Below are positions 49,098 through 57,864 of a stretch of 64,000 nt of DNA, in pieces (positions within the stretch are counted from its first letter, which is position 1; each line of letters opens with the position of its first letter). The position numbers and the translations under genes are program-made. This DNA is from Spirochaetales bacterium (GTDB lineage: Bacteria > Spirochaetota > Spirochaetia > JABEVK01). The notes below the pieces were generated by a model. The model had not been told where the DNA came from. It searched no databases and saw only the letters and a list, made by a program, of their open reading frames with translations. The DNA is taken from positions 2,209 to 66,208 of the forward strand of contig JABEVK010000020.1 in the NCBI GenBank assembly GCA_013044245.1, in the 5' to 3' direction.

Positions 49098-49126
49098 ATT
49101 ATTCCGGGAATCTGCTTGGCACGCAA
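49098..49126 (-). promoter_or_regulatory. Sigma70-like promoter TTGCGT-N17-AATAAT only 6 nt upstream of the mksF-like ATG (leaderless-type arrangement)
   Basis: Minus-strand reading of 49126..49098. ATG at 49091; no SD possible. Confidence 0.35.
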
Positions 49127-49194
49127 GGCCGTAAAGAGGGATAAAACCGGTTAGGTCAAAGGGATTTCATGCCGAAAAAAGAACGGGAGAGTCC

Positions 49195-49797
49195 ATGCAC
49201 TTGCGATATAACGCCCCAGTCACCTTCAGTTTCGCCCTCATCTGCACCGTGGTGCTACTCATTGACCAATACGTGGCGCCCGGCTTTGTCGCCACCTATT
49301 TGCGTGCCCCCGGTGCCGACTTTCAAGCCAGTCAACCGCAAAACTGGTTTGCGTTGATCTTTTATGTTTTTGGTCACGAAAACTGGACACACTTATGGAA
49401 CAATCTGTTGTTTTTGATTTTGCTGGGTCCCATTCTCGAAGAAAAATATGCCCCAAAAGCAATGTTGTTTATGATGACCGCGACAACGTTGGTAGCGGGA
49501 ATTTTTAACGTGTTGCTACGCCAGCCGCCGCTGGTAGGGTCTTCGGCAATCGTCTTTATGATGATCATGCTGGTGAGCTTTGCCCGAACCAAGCAAGGCG
49601 AAATTCCGGTTTCGTTTCTGTTAGTCTTTATCCTGTTTATGCTGGCTGAAATTACCCGAGGAGCCGCTCCAGGGAGTCATGACGTGTCCAGTGTTGCCCA
49701 CGTCGTCGGGGGTGTGTGTGGAACAATCTTTGGCTTTTTAAAGATGGCAGCCGGTCAGGGGGGAGCTCCTGCGCCAGGAGGGCCCCCTAAAAGTTGA
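49195..49797 (+). CDS. Rhomboid-family intramembrane serine protease
   Basis: 6 TM; GHENWTHLWNNLLFLILLGPILE; GSSAIVFMM (catalytic Ser region); AHVVGGVCG (catalytic His region). Confidence 0.7.
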   Translation: MHLRYNAPVTFSFALICTVVLLIDQYVAPGFVATYLRAPGADFQASQPQNWFALIFYVFGHENWTHLWNNLLFLILLGPILEEKYAPKAMLFMMTATTLVAGIFNVLLRQPPLVGSSAIVFMMIMLVSFARTKQGEIPVSFLLVFILFMLAEITRGAAPGSHDVSSVAHVVGGVCGTIFGFLKMAAGQGGAPAPGGPPKS

Positions 49798-49810
49798 CGC
49801 TACCACAGGG

Positions 49811-50326
49811 TTAAGAACCGGGTACAAAATCTCCCGGTTCGTCCTCGGGTGGGGGCGGTAGGGGACGGCCTTCACGCTGGGCTTGACGACGAGACTCCAT
49901 ATAATCATGGTCCCGCCAGACTTCCCAAACCAAGCGAGCCAACGGCATTGATAGGTTGTTGGTGGTACTCGTGGCAAACGCGATCCCTTTTGGGTTAGCA
50001 ACATTTTTCTTCACCAGATCGACCAGCCCGAACAGCTCTTTTTTATCAAAACCGTGTAAATAGAGAACCCGCTGATTTTCACGGCCGGGGATCCGTGCTG
50101 GCTGACCAGAACTTGTCGATGCGGCTAGTTGCGCGGCGTCTGTTTCACGGTGAACCAATCGTACGAGGTCTTGCAAGGCGAGTTTTAAATGATGGTCTCG
50201 AGTGGTGGCAAAAATAAGCGGCTGGTGATCGTCATGGTGCAAAACCCCTTCAAGCTGAGCGATCTCGTCAGGAGAAAACCCGTGTGCGATAACGGTCCGT
50301 TCTTGAGACGCGGGGGTTAGGCTCAT
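49811..50326 (-). CDS. Hypothetical protein (171 aa), co-operonic with dcd
   Basis: 4-nt overlap with the dcd stop. No motif recognised. Confidence 0.5.
   Translation of the reverse strand: MSLTPASQERTVIAHGFSPDEIAQLEGVLHHDDHQPLIFATTRDHHLKLALQDLVRLVHRETDAAQLAASTSSGQPARIPGRENQRVLYLHGFDKKELFGLVDLVKKNVANPKGIAFATSTTNNLSMPLARLVWEVWRDHDYMESRRQAQREGRPLPPPPEDEPGDFVPGS
49815..49840. terminator. Possible bidirectional hairpin GAACCGGG-N10-CCCGGTTC between the convergent rhomboid and 171-aa genes
   Basis: 8-bp perfect stem read directly. It overlaps the last ~9 codons of the minus-strand gene and has no clear U-tract. Confidence 0.25.
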
Positions 50327-50859
50327 GAAAATTTTCCTTCAAAGTCTTTGTAAAGCAAACTGGGTTGAATACCGTGGTTATTTTGGTACTTGCCGCTGGA
50401 ATACGATACGTAATCCCCTTCGACAGTGTGGTAGTAGATTTGGCAAATCTCGACTCCAGGGTAAACGATGACCGGCTGGACGCACAAAATCTCAAGGGTC
50501 CAAAAGCCCTGAAAGCCGACGTCGCCAAACCCTGCGGTGATATGAATGAATAAGCCCAGCCGCCCTACGGACGAGCGGCCTTCTAGCATGGGAACCAGCC
50601 CTTTGGTAGCGGTATACTCCATGGTTCTTCCCAAGTAGAGTTTGCCCGGTTCCAGGCGCAACCCTTCTGCGGGAATTTTTACCAGGCTGTAGGGATTGGG
50701 CTTGGCCATATCCAGAAGGTCGTTAGTGTAAACCATCAGTTCGTCTGACAAACGCAAGTTATAGCTGTTCGGATTGAGCTGAGCTGGCCGAAACGGCTCG
50801 ATGATGATATCCGTACCCAAGCGTTTCTGAATCTCTATCCCTGTCAGAATCATGAACAA
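50323..50859 (-). CDS. dcd: dCTP deaminase
   Basis: 178 aa; MILTGIEIQKRL... and ...LEPGKLYLGRTMEYTA...GRSSVGRLGLFIHITAGFGDVGFQG trimeric dUTPase-like fold motifs. Confidence 0.85.
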   Translation of the reverse strand: MFMILTGIEIQKRLGTDIIIEPFRPAQLNPNSYNLRLSDELMVYTNDLLDMAKPNPYSLVKIPAEGLRLEPGKLYLGRTMEYTATKGLVPMLEGRSSVGRLGLFIHITAGFGDVGFQGFWTLEILCVQPVIVYPGVEICQIYYHTVEGDYVSYSSGKYQNNHGIQPSLLYKDFEGKFS

Positions 50860-50909
50860 TCTCCCCTGGTGAACTATTCATGGAAAATCGCTTGGGGTCA
50901 AGTTAGGCA

Positions 50910-52109
50910 TCATGGCTGGGTGGGGTGCGCTGCTTTCCAGGCGGCTACCAAAGGAGGTAGGGGCGCCCCATCCGGAACAAAGATCATCGCCGCTGAGTTA
51001 ATGCAGTAGCGTAGACCTGTTCCTTCAGGAAAAGACGGTGAAGCGTCTGGCCCATCGTTAAAGACATGCCCCAGGTGACTACCGGACGAAGAATCTAGAA
51101 CCTCAATTCGGCTCATTCCATGACTATCGTCCTGCCGTAAGATAATACCACGGCCGGTGATGGGTTTTGAGAAGCTGGGCCACCCGCACCCGGAATCAAA
51201 TTTATCTTGCGAGCGAAAGAGCGGTTCCCCCGTGGCGGCACTGTAGTAGGTGCCCGGGCGATGTTCGTTCCAGGTAGCGCCGGTAAAGGGGGCCTCGGTG
51301 TCTGCACGGCGGAGAACTCCCCAGGCTTGGTTTCCCAGTAATTTTTTCCAATCGGTATCAGAATGATGCACGGGAACGACGGGAGTCTGGCTGGGTTGGA
51401 GAACAATAAGCCCATGCCAAACCTTGGTCGGTGTATCCGTAGCGGCAGGCGACCCTGGTTTAACGAGTTCCGGATACATGCTCACCAGACGACTTAACTT
51501 GGGAAGATCGCATTGTACGATATAGGGCGAGTCTGGGTGCTCTTCCAAATAATGTTGATGATAAGCTTCGGCCGAATAAAACTTCTTCAAAGGAACGACT
51601 TGCGTAACAATGGGCCTGGGAAAAACTTTCTTTTCGGTAAGAATCTGAATGTATTGTTTTGCCTGCTGAGCCTGCGCGTCAGATTCGGTGAAGATGGCTG
51701 AGCGGTAATTGGTGCCCACGTCAGGACCTTGTCTGTTGAGCTGGGTCGGGTCATGCACCACAGAAAAAAAGATTTTGAGAAGTGTCCCGTACGAAATAAT
51801 CTGGGGATCAAAGGTCACTTGAACCGATTCGGCGTAACCGGTTGTTCCCGTGCTAACTTCCTCGTAGGTGGGGTTAGGGGTCGTACCCCCCGCATACCCC
51901 GAAACTGCTGAGGTAACACCTTTTAAGGATTCAAAAACAGCCTCTACACCCCAAAAACAACCCCCGGCAAAAACGGCTGTTTCGAGCGAAACCGGTGAAG
52001 CCGTCGAGGGAGGGGGATCAGGAAACGTCGCTGGGGCTGGGGATGAAGCGGAAGATCGGGTACAAGCTGTCATAAACAAAAAAAGGACGGTCAAGGTCTT
52101 ATAACGCAC
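50910..52109 (-). CDS. msrAB: Secreted bifunctional peptide-methionine sulfoxide reductase MsrA-MsrB fusion
   Basis: Signal/lipobox MRYKTLTVLFLFMTAC; MsrA motif GGCFWGVEAVF; MsrB motif region SGCGWPSF...HLGHVFNDGP. GTG start with a GGAGG RBS. Confidence 0.85.
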   Translation of the reverse strand: MRYKTLTVLFLFMTACTRSSASSPAPATFPDPPPSTASPVSLETAVFAGGCFWGVEAVFESLKGVTSAVSGYAGGTTPNPTYEEVSTGTTGYAESVQVTFDPQIISYGTLLKIFFSVVHDPTQLNRQGPDVGTNYRSAIFTESDAQAQQAKQYIQILTEKKVFPRPIVTQVVPLKKFYSAEAYHQHYLEEHPDSPYIVQCDLPKLSRLVSMYPELVKPGSPAATDTPTKVWHGLIVLQPSQTPVVPVHHSDTDWKKLLGNQAWGVLRRADTEAPFTGATWNEHRPGTYYSAATGEPLFRSQDKFDSGCGWPSFSKPITGRGIILRQDDSHGMSRIEVLDSSSGSHLGHVFNDGPDASPSFPEGTGLRYCINSAAMIFVPDGAPLPPLVAAWKAAHPTQP

Positions 52110-52182
52110 CGTCGCACCTCCGTAATAAAAATAGAGCGCGGGGGGTCACTCGTCAACAAAGATTAGTAAATAAATCGGAAAT

Positions 52183-52323
52183 TGTGATCGCAAAACGTCC
52201 TGATTGAGTCTTGAAACTGTTTCAACTGTGATTATATCACGACGCAAAATAGACTCAAAGTTCTGCAGATTGAATCACAAAGTTGGCGAGTTTGTGATTG
52301 CAAACAACTGTCAACAAATCACA
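52183..52323. promoter_or_regulatory. Cluster of five TGTGAT(T/C) heptamers in both orientations within 140 bp upstream of msrAB
   Basis: TGTGAT at 52183, 52227 and 52293 (plus orientation) and ATCACA at 52274 and 52318. One copy forms the palindrome TGTGA-TTATA-TCAC, and a 15-nt element TGTGATyGCAAAMHA repeats at 52183 and 52293. Confidence 0.4.
52231..52258 (-). promoter_or_regulatory. Extended -10 promoter (TTGAGT-N16-TGaTATAAT) reading toward msrAB, embedded in the TGTGAT cluster
   Basis: Minus strand: TTGAGT (plus 52253-52258), TGATATAAT (plus 52231-52239). The -10 is flanked by the GTGAT/ATCAC palindrome. Confidence 0.45.
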
Positions 52324-52379
52324 AAGTTTTTTTTGGGTAAATCAAGAGGTTTTTTTGCCTTGAAGCGGGGGGGGAGTTA

Positions 52380-52452
52380 TGGACGATAGTGGATTCGAAC
52401 CACCGACTTCTACCGTGTGAAGGTAGCACTCTAACCGCTGAGTTAATCGTCC
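52380..52452 (-). tRNA. tRNA-Val (anticodon CAC)
   Basis: Minus-strand sequence GGACGATTAACTCAGCGGTTAGAGTGCTACCTTCACACGGTAGAAGTCGGTGGTTCGAATCCACTATCGTCCA folds as a cloverleaf (7-bp acceptor, GGTTCGAATCC T-arm, anticodon loop UUCACAC). CCA is not encoded. Confidence 0.9.
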
Positions 52453-52458
52453 GTGGGG

Positions 52459-53784
52459 TTAATATACCGGGTTGCCTCGGCTTTCGTCAAGTTCGGCCAG
52501 TAATGCCGTCTCGGGGATTTCCCAAACTCGTAAGAGGGTATCTTTGCCGCGAATTTTGATTTCACCATGGTCGATGCCTGCCAAGGATTCCCAGTGACCT
52601 TCACGCCACACTTCATCCGATACCAAGAGACTCGTGCCAAGGTCTTTGTTGAGGCTTTCAAGGCGGCTGGCCGTGTTAACGACGTTTCCGATCACCGTGT
52701 ACTCGCGACGTTGAAGTGAACCAACCGTACCGGTAACAGCTGGTCCCGAATGTATTCCAATTCCAATCCTAGTCGGGGGTGTTTGGCCAAGCCGCACGCG
52801 CTCGGCTAACTCTGAGCGCAACTCCAGAGCGGCTCTTAGGGCATTTTGGGCCGAATTGCCTTCGTGAAGAGGCGCACCAAAGACCGCCAAAAAACCGTCC
52901 CCCAGGAACTTATTGACAATACCGTGGTTTCTGTTGATGACATCAATCATAAAGTCAAAAAGATGATTCAAATAATTCACGACTTCTTCGGGCGATCGCT
53001 TTTCGGCAAAGCCAGTAAAGTTACGAATGTCCAGAAAAAGAATGGTCACCGGAAGGTTTTCGCTGAGCAATTCTTGCGGTTGGTCGAGCAGTTTTTGAAC
53101 GACAGCGGGCGAAACATGTTGCCCAAAGAGGTTCATGATGCGGTTTTTATCTTCAAGACTTCGCCAGGCCGCAAAAACACTGGCGCGAACACGGCCACTG
53201 ACAAACGCTGAAAGAATCCCCGCCAGCAACAACAGGCCGTCGCGCATAAGCATCAAGGCAAAATCGGGCGTCTGGAGAGGCAAGAGAAGGACCCCGGCCA
53301 CCAAATATTCTACGGTGGCGACGGCAGACGTGAAAATAGTCAGGAGAGGGTTCATCCGAAGGGCAGAAAGGATAATGAACAAGAAATACAGCGCATAAAA
53401 GGGGCTAGACATTGCCGAGGAGGGGTCAAAGGAATGGGCGGCCACCGCAAGGGCGATAGTAGGAATCGAAGTTTCTAAAAGGGCGTTGCCGAACCGGACA
53501 AAGGGCGGCAAGGCGTGGCCTTTTTTTAGACGGCGCGTCAAAAAAAAGAAGAATGAAATTTCATAGGCGGTAAATAAGCTTGACCCGAGAAAAGAGGGCA
53601 GAGTAGGAAAGCGATGCGAAAACAGATGGTCAATCAGCCCCGGAAAAGCCAGGTGAAGCAGGGTGTTAGCAAACAAAAAGAGGGCGAGGACAGCCAAGAT
53701 GAGCGCCGAGCGTTGGCGTTCACTGCGGATCATCTGAGCTTCGCCTTCGTTTTCGATCCTATTAAACCAAGTGTTCTGAGTCAT
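52459..53784 (-). CDS. Membrane-anchored class III adenylate/guanylate cyclase (N-terminal multi-TM domain)
   Basis: Cyclase core LFLDIRNFTGFAE...NKFLGDGFLAVFG...GIGIHSGPAVTGTVGS; ~6 N-terminal TM helices. Confidence 0.8.
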   Translation of the reverse strand: MTQNTWFNRIENEGEAQMIRSERQRSALILAVLALFLFANTLLHLAFPGLIDHLFSHRFPTLPSFLGSSLFTAYEISFFFFLTRRLKKGHALPPFVRFGNALLETSIPTIALAVAAHSFDPSSAMSSPFYALYFLFIILSALRMNPLLTIFTSAVATVEYLVAGVLLLPLQTPDFALMLMRDGLLLLAGILSAFVSGRVRASVFAAWRSLEDKNRIMNLFGQHVSPAVVQKLLDQPQELLSENLPVTILFLDIRNFTGFAEKRSPEEVVNYLNHLFDFMIDVINRNHGIVNKFLGDGFLAVFGAPLHEGNSAQNALRAALELRSELAERVRLGQTPPTRIGIGIHSGPAVTGTVGSLQRREYTVIGNVVNTASRLESLNKDLGTSLLVSDEVWREGHWESLAGIDHGEIKIRGKDTLLRVWEIPETALLAELDESRGNPVY

Positions 53785-53838
53785 GAGGTGAGTTTAGCCT
53801 AGGAATGCTGGACAGTCGAGAAGTCTTTTTCGTATTCT

Positions 53839-54831
53839 TTGCTTATGTCGTTTTGGAGTACTCTACCGCCAGCCTTCAGGGTGCTGGCACCCATGGAAGA
53901 TGTTACCGACAAAGTGTTTCGCCGCCTGGTGGCTGACCATGGTGAACCCGACGTCCTGTACACGGAATTTACCAGTGCCGAGTATCTTTGTTCCTCGCAA
54001 CCTGAAAAAGCCCTTGTACGTTTAGAAATCTACGAAAAAGAACTGGGTCGTCGCCCGTTGGTAGCGCAAATTTGGGGGGGCAACCCCGAGCAAATGTACC
54101 GGGCGGCCCGCCTAGTCGCCGAAAGAGGTTTTGCTGGGGTTGATATCAATATGGGCTGTCCGGTTAAAAAGATCTCACGCAAAGGGGCTTGTAGTGCCCT
54201 CATTCGTATGCCGAGTGTGGCCCTTGAGCTGATTCAGGCTGTCAAAGAGGGGGCTCGCTCCGTGTCACCTCAGATCGGCATCAGTGTTAAAACCAGAATT
54301 GGTTGGAGCAAGGTAGAGACTCAAGAGTGGTGCGGTCTGTTGTTAGAACAACAGTTGGACGCTCTTACGGTCCATGGCCGGATCGCCAAGCAGATGTCCG
54401 AAGGCTGGGCTGACTGGCAAGAAATCGCCAAGGTTGTGCAGTTGCGGAATGCCTCTGGCTGGTCAACGCGCATCATCGGCAACGGAGACTTGACCTGGCC
54501 ACAGTTAGAACCGCGTTTACAAGAAACAGGCGTTGATGGTCTGATGATCGGCCGCGGTGTTTTTTCGGATATCGGCATCTTTCGTCGCGAGGGCTACCGT
54601 CCGTACGATACCTGGAGTCGCGAAGAAAAACTGAACCTTTTGGAACGACACATTCGCGACCATTTTGAAGCTTGGGGACAAACCAAAGATTACGAAAAGC
54701 TAAAGAAGTTTTTTAAGGTGTATACCTCCGGCTGGGAGGGCGCTCTCGACCTGCGCGCCCAGCTTATGAGCACACACCGCCACGAAGAAAGCCTGGCGGT
54801 GCTGGCGTCTTACCGCGCTTTTGCTCCTTGA
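53839..54831 (+). CDS. tRNA-dihydrouridine synthase (Dus family)
   Basis: LAPMEDVTDKVFRRL...DINMGCPVKK...catalytic Cys region; TIM-barrel plus helical domain; 330 aa. Confidence 0.85.
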   Translation: MLMSFWSTLPPAFRVLAPMEDVTDKVFRRLVADHGEPDVLYTEFTSAEYLCSSQPEKALVRLEIYEKELGRRPLVAQIWGGNPEQMYRAARLVAERGFAGVDINMGCPVKKISRKGACSALIRMPSVALELIQAVKEGARSVSPQIGISVKTRIGWSKVETQEWCGLLLEQQLDALTVHGRIAKQMSEGWADWQEIAKVVQLRNASGWSTRIIGNGDLTWPQLEPRLQETGVDGLMIGRGVFSDIGIFRREGYRPYDTWSREEKLNLLERHIRDHFEAWGQTKDYEKLKKFFKVYTSGWEGALDLRAQLMSTHRHEESLAVLASYRAFAP

Positions 54832-56030
54832 GAATGGTTTTGCTGGTAACGTTCGACTGTTTCGCCGTAAAGCTTTTCAATCTTGACGGCCATTTTTGCC
54901 GCTGTCCAGTTTTGGGCATACTGGTAGGCTTCTTCGGACTTAGCCCGGTAGACAGCAGGGTCAGACAGCAAACGGATTACGGCCGCTGAAAACGGCTCAA
55001 CATCATCGTCAACCATAAAGCCGCCGTTGTCTCCGTTCATGACCTCTTTTGTGCCCATCAATCCGATCGCCACGGCCGGGGTGTGGCACATCATGGCTTC
55101 AATGGTGACCAGACCTTGAGTTTCGGTTTTAGAGGCAAACGTAAAAACATCCGCCAACGAATACAGGTGTTTAAGCTCTTTTCGATCAACATACCCCAGG
55201 CAGAGTACCAAGTCATCGAGACCACGTTCTTTGATTTTGGTTTTAAAGTCTTCCAAGTAGGGGCCATTTCCTGCCACCACGAGAGTCGCCTTGGGAACTT
55301 TGATTTGGACTTGCTCGACCACGTCCAAGAGGAAATCTAGGTTTTTTTCTTGACCGACGCGCCCGACGTAGAGCATGAGCTTTCGTCCGCGAAGGCGTGG
55401 AAATTGCAAAAGCCAACGGGAATGAACATGCTCTTCATCCTTGTTGGTACCTTTAAAATCATTTTCTTGAATTCCTGTGGGAATGACTTCGATGGGGCAG
55501 GTGATTCCGTAGCTTTCAAGGACTCCCTTCATCGGGACCGTAGGGGAAATGATCGCGTCCGCTTTATTGAAAAGCTGATAGGTCAGTTTACGGGCCCAGG
55601 CTTTGCCGGCTTTTTCGGGCAGTAAGGGCAGGTAGTAATGAATATACTGTTCAAAATACGTGTGGCACGTTTGAATCACCGGAACCTGGTGTTTTCTCGC
55701 CCAGGCGTGCGCCATGAGCGAGGTGGTAAATTCGGTCTGGACATGAATAATCTCGGGCTGAAACTCAGTTAATTCATGAAAGAACCTACCTCGCTGGAAG
55801 GGGCTGACCAGGCGGTCCTCTTTTGAAAAGAATAGCCCCCATGATTTAAGCCGCGAAACGCGAGGATCCGCATGGTGCATGCCCTTGGTGTCTTCTGGTT
55901 CGGGGTAGGTCGGCGTCCAAAGGCGCAAAGTGTGCCCCAGTTTCGTCAGCTCGTCGAGAAAGATATTGGTCGAAACGGTCACACCGTTAATGCGAGGCCA
56001 ATAAACATCAGATGTAAACGCAATTTTCAT
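54810..56030 (-). CDS. Glycosyltransferase family 4 (GT-B, group 1)
   Basis: MKIAFTSDVYWPRINGV... N-terminus; C-terminal ...FTFASKTETQGLVTIEAMMCHTPAVA E-x7-E-like motif. Start set at ATG 56030 (GGAG RBS); the ORF track start 56138 overlaps the upstream gene. Confidence 0.8.
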   Translation of the reverse strand: MKIAFTSDVYWPRINGVTVSTNIFLDELTKLGHTLRLWTPTYPEPEDTKGMHHADPRVSRLKSWGLFFSKEDRLVSPFQRGRFFHELTEFQPEIIHVQTEFTTSLMAHAWARKHQVPVIQTCHTYFEQYIHYYLPLLPEKAGKAWARKLTYQLFNKADAIISPTVPMKGVLESYGITCPIEVIPTGIQENDFKGTNKDEEHVHSRWLLQFPRLRGRKLMLYVGRVGQEKNLDFLLDVVEQVQIKVPKATLVVAGNGPYLEDFKTKIKERGLDDLVLCLGYVDRKELKHLYSLADVFTFASKTETQGLVTIEAMMCHTPAVAIGLMGTKEVMNGDNGGFMVDDDVEPFSAAVIRLLSDPAVYRAKSEEAYQYAQNWTAAKMAVKIEKLYGETVERYQQNHSQGAKAR

Positions 56031-56050
56031 AGATTTTCTCCCGTGTGCCT

Positions 56051-57823
56051 TTACCAGCGGTTTTTCCAAGTCAGCACCGTTTGCAGGTCGCTTACCGGCG
56101 CGCTGATGATATGATTTTGATTCCAAACTGTTGCCCAATCAAGGCTCAAACTTAGACTCGACTCGGAGCCACCGGGGGCTAACAGTGTCCCTTGTAAGAG
56201 GTCGGGGCCCGCTTCGGCGGTAAGAATCACCTGCTGGGTCAAAACGGCTGTGCCAGTGGGGGATACCCAGCTCAAGTACCCGGTCGTTCCGTAAAGAGGG
56301 TTGGTGGTGTTCGTCCAGGGGTCGGTTTTTAAGGTCGGTGCGGGGGTATAAATCGAATTGTCCCCTTGTGCGGTGAAGGGCGCCGTTAACGAAAGCTTCC
56401 AACGGCGGGGGTTTTCAGCCTTAAGCGACACGACTGCTGTGATACTGTCGGGACCTGCCGCCAAACCAAAAGGACGACCGACGAGAAAAATTCCCTCGCC
56501 TCCCGAGCCTTGGTACGTGGTCTGGTAGCGCTGATAATACACGGCGTTGACATCGGGGTTTAAGTACAGAAACGGATCGGCATAGGTCCCTTCGGTTTGA
56601 AAGGACCACACGGTGTCACCGACGGTCCAGACCCGGCGCAAACCGGCAAGGTAGGCCATCGCCAGCGGGTTGGCATCGCCAAACTCGGCACTTTTAAAGG
56701 CGGTACGGATGTAGTCGCCATAGATTTGGCCGTAGAGGTTCCAACCGGGAGCCGCCGCCCAGTCAAGGTCAAGGGCAATATCGGAATTGGCGTTGGATTG
56801 CAAAAGCCAATTATGACCGGGAAAGAACGGGTTGAAATACTGGGGGTCAAAACTACTCATGTCCACCAATAGGATTTCGCTGACGGTGAGGTTTAAGCGG
56901 CTAAAAAGACGAAAGTCAAGGCGGTGATCGATAAAGTAGGTGGTCGAGGCCGGCATGTAGGTGGCCCCATTGTTGTTGTTAGCACTAGCTTGCTGATCAA
57001 GCGGGGTAGTTTTGTAATACCCTCCGTAGTAGGTCTGTCCCGGCGTGATGGCGTAGTCTGAAAAGGGGATCACCAGAAAGTTGTAGGTAAAGCCCTTCCA
57101 CCAGGTCGAAAAGCCCAACTGATCGACCGTGCCTAAACTGGTAGAAAGGGCGGCGTTGGTAAAGCCTGCCTGGGTGCCTACCTTGCCTCGAAGAAAGCGC
57201 ACATCCCAATGGTCACCGCCGAACACCATTCCGGCGGTGTCCGGCCACATCCACTCCAGTTCAGAGCCAGACAGGGGAATGTTCGAAACGGGTTGAAGTT
57301 GATCAAGGTCGGTGAAGTAGTCTTTTTTCAAATCGAGGTCAAACCCGGCCCAGACCCAATTGCCCACGCTGGCTTCGAGTTTTATGTCGTACAAATTGGG
57401 GCGGGTGTTGTAGCCGTCATACCACGGGAGCAACGTCCCCAGCGAGGCAAAACCCTGGGGGTTGAAATCCTGGGTTATGCGGGCTGAAAAAGCACCCTCA
57501 TGATACGTTTGAGGGCGCCCCAGGATGGTCGTGCGAATAGCGGAGGCTAACTGGGCTTGGCCTCGGTCAAATTGTGACGAATCCAAAAGACTCAGTTCCC
57601 ACAAAACCTGGCGTATGGTAGACGGCGCAAACCGTGTCGGTAAAGTTTGTCCCTGCGAGGCGAACAAATCGGCCAACCACCCATAAACAGGAGAATCGGC
57701 GGCGACAGGGCGTTCTAGGTCTTGGGCCGTTCCTTGAGGGGCTTCTTGCGCTGTAAGGGGAGCGACCCAGCATAAAACTCCGCCAAGAACAAAAAAGGTG
57801 AAGGCAATGAGTGATTTTCGCAT
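56051..57823 (-). CDS. Large outer-membrane protein (hypothetical, 590 aa), upstream of and co-directional with the GT4 gene
   Basis: Signal peptide MRKSLIAFTFFVLGGVLCWVAPLTAQEA; Gly/Tyr/Trp-rich beta-strand pattern; ends ...VLTWKNRW. Confidence 0.5.
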   Translation of the reverse strand: MRKSLIAFTFFVLGGVLCWVAPLTAQEAPQGTAQDLERPVAADSPVYGWLADLFASQGQTLPTRFAPSTIRQVLWELSLLDSSQFDRGQAQLASAIRTTILGRPQTYHEGAFSARITQDFNPQGFASLGTLLPWYDGYNTRPNLYDIKLEASVGNWVWAGFDLDLKKDYFTDLDQLQPVSNIPLSGSELEWMWPDTAGMVFGGDHWDVRFLRGKVGTQAGFTNAALSTSLGTVDQLGFSTWWKGFTYNFLVIPFSDYAITPGQTYYGGYYKTTPLDQQASANNNNGATYMPASTTYFIDHRLDFRLFSRLNLTVSEILLVDMSSFDPQYFNPFFPGHNWLLQSNANSDIALDLDWAAAPGWNLYGQIYGDYIRTAFKSAEFGDANPLAMAYLAGLRRVWTVGDTVWSFQTEGTYADPFLYLNPDVNAVYYQRYQTTYQGSGGEGIFLVGRPFGLAAGPDSITAVVSLKAENPRRWKLSLTAPFTAQGDNSIYTPAPTLKTDPWTNTTNPLYGTTGYLSWVSPTGTAVLTQQVILTAEAGPDLLQGTLLAPGGSESSLSLSLDWATVWNQNHIISAPVSDLQTVLTWKNRW

Positions 57824-57864
57824 GGCGGCGTTTAACTTAACACAAGGTTATTTCTGACGCAACT

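Noticed and set aside
49815-49840. GAACCGGG...CCCGGTTC hairpin as a confident bidirectional terminator
   Set aside because: It is kept only as a low-confidence feature. It overlaps the last codons of the minus-strand gene and has no flanking U/A tracts.
52204-52389. 61-aa ORF spanning the TGTGAT repeat region and running into the tRNA
   Set aside because: It lies in the repeat-rich promoter region and overlaps the tRNA-Val gene, with no RBS. It was interpreted as regulatory DNA rather than coding.
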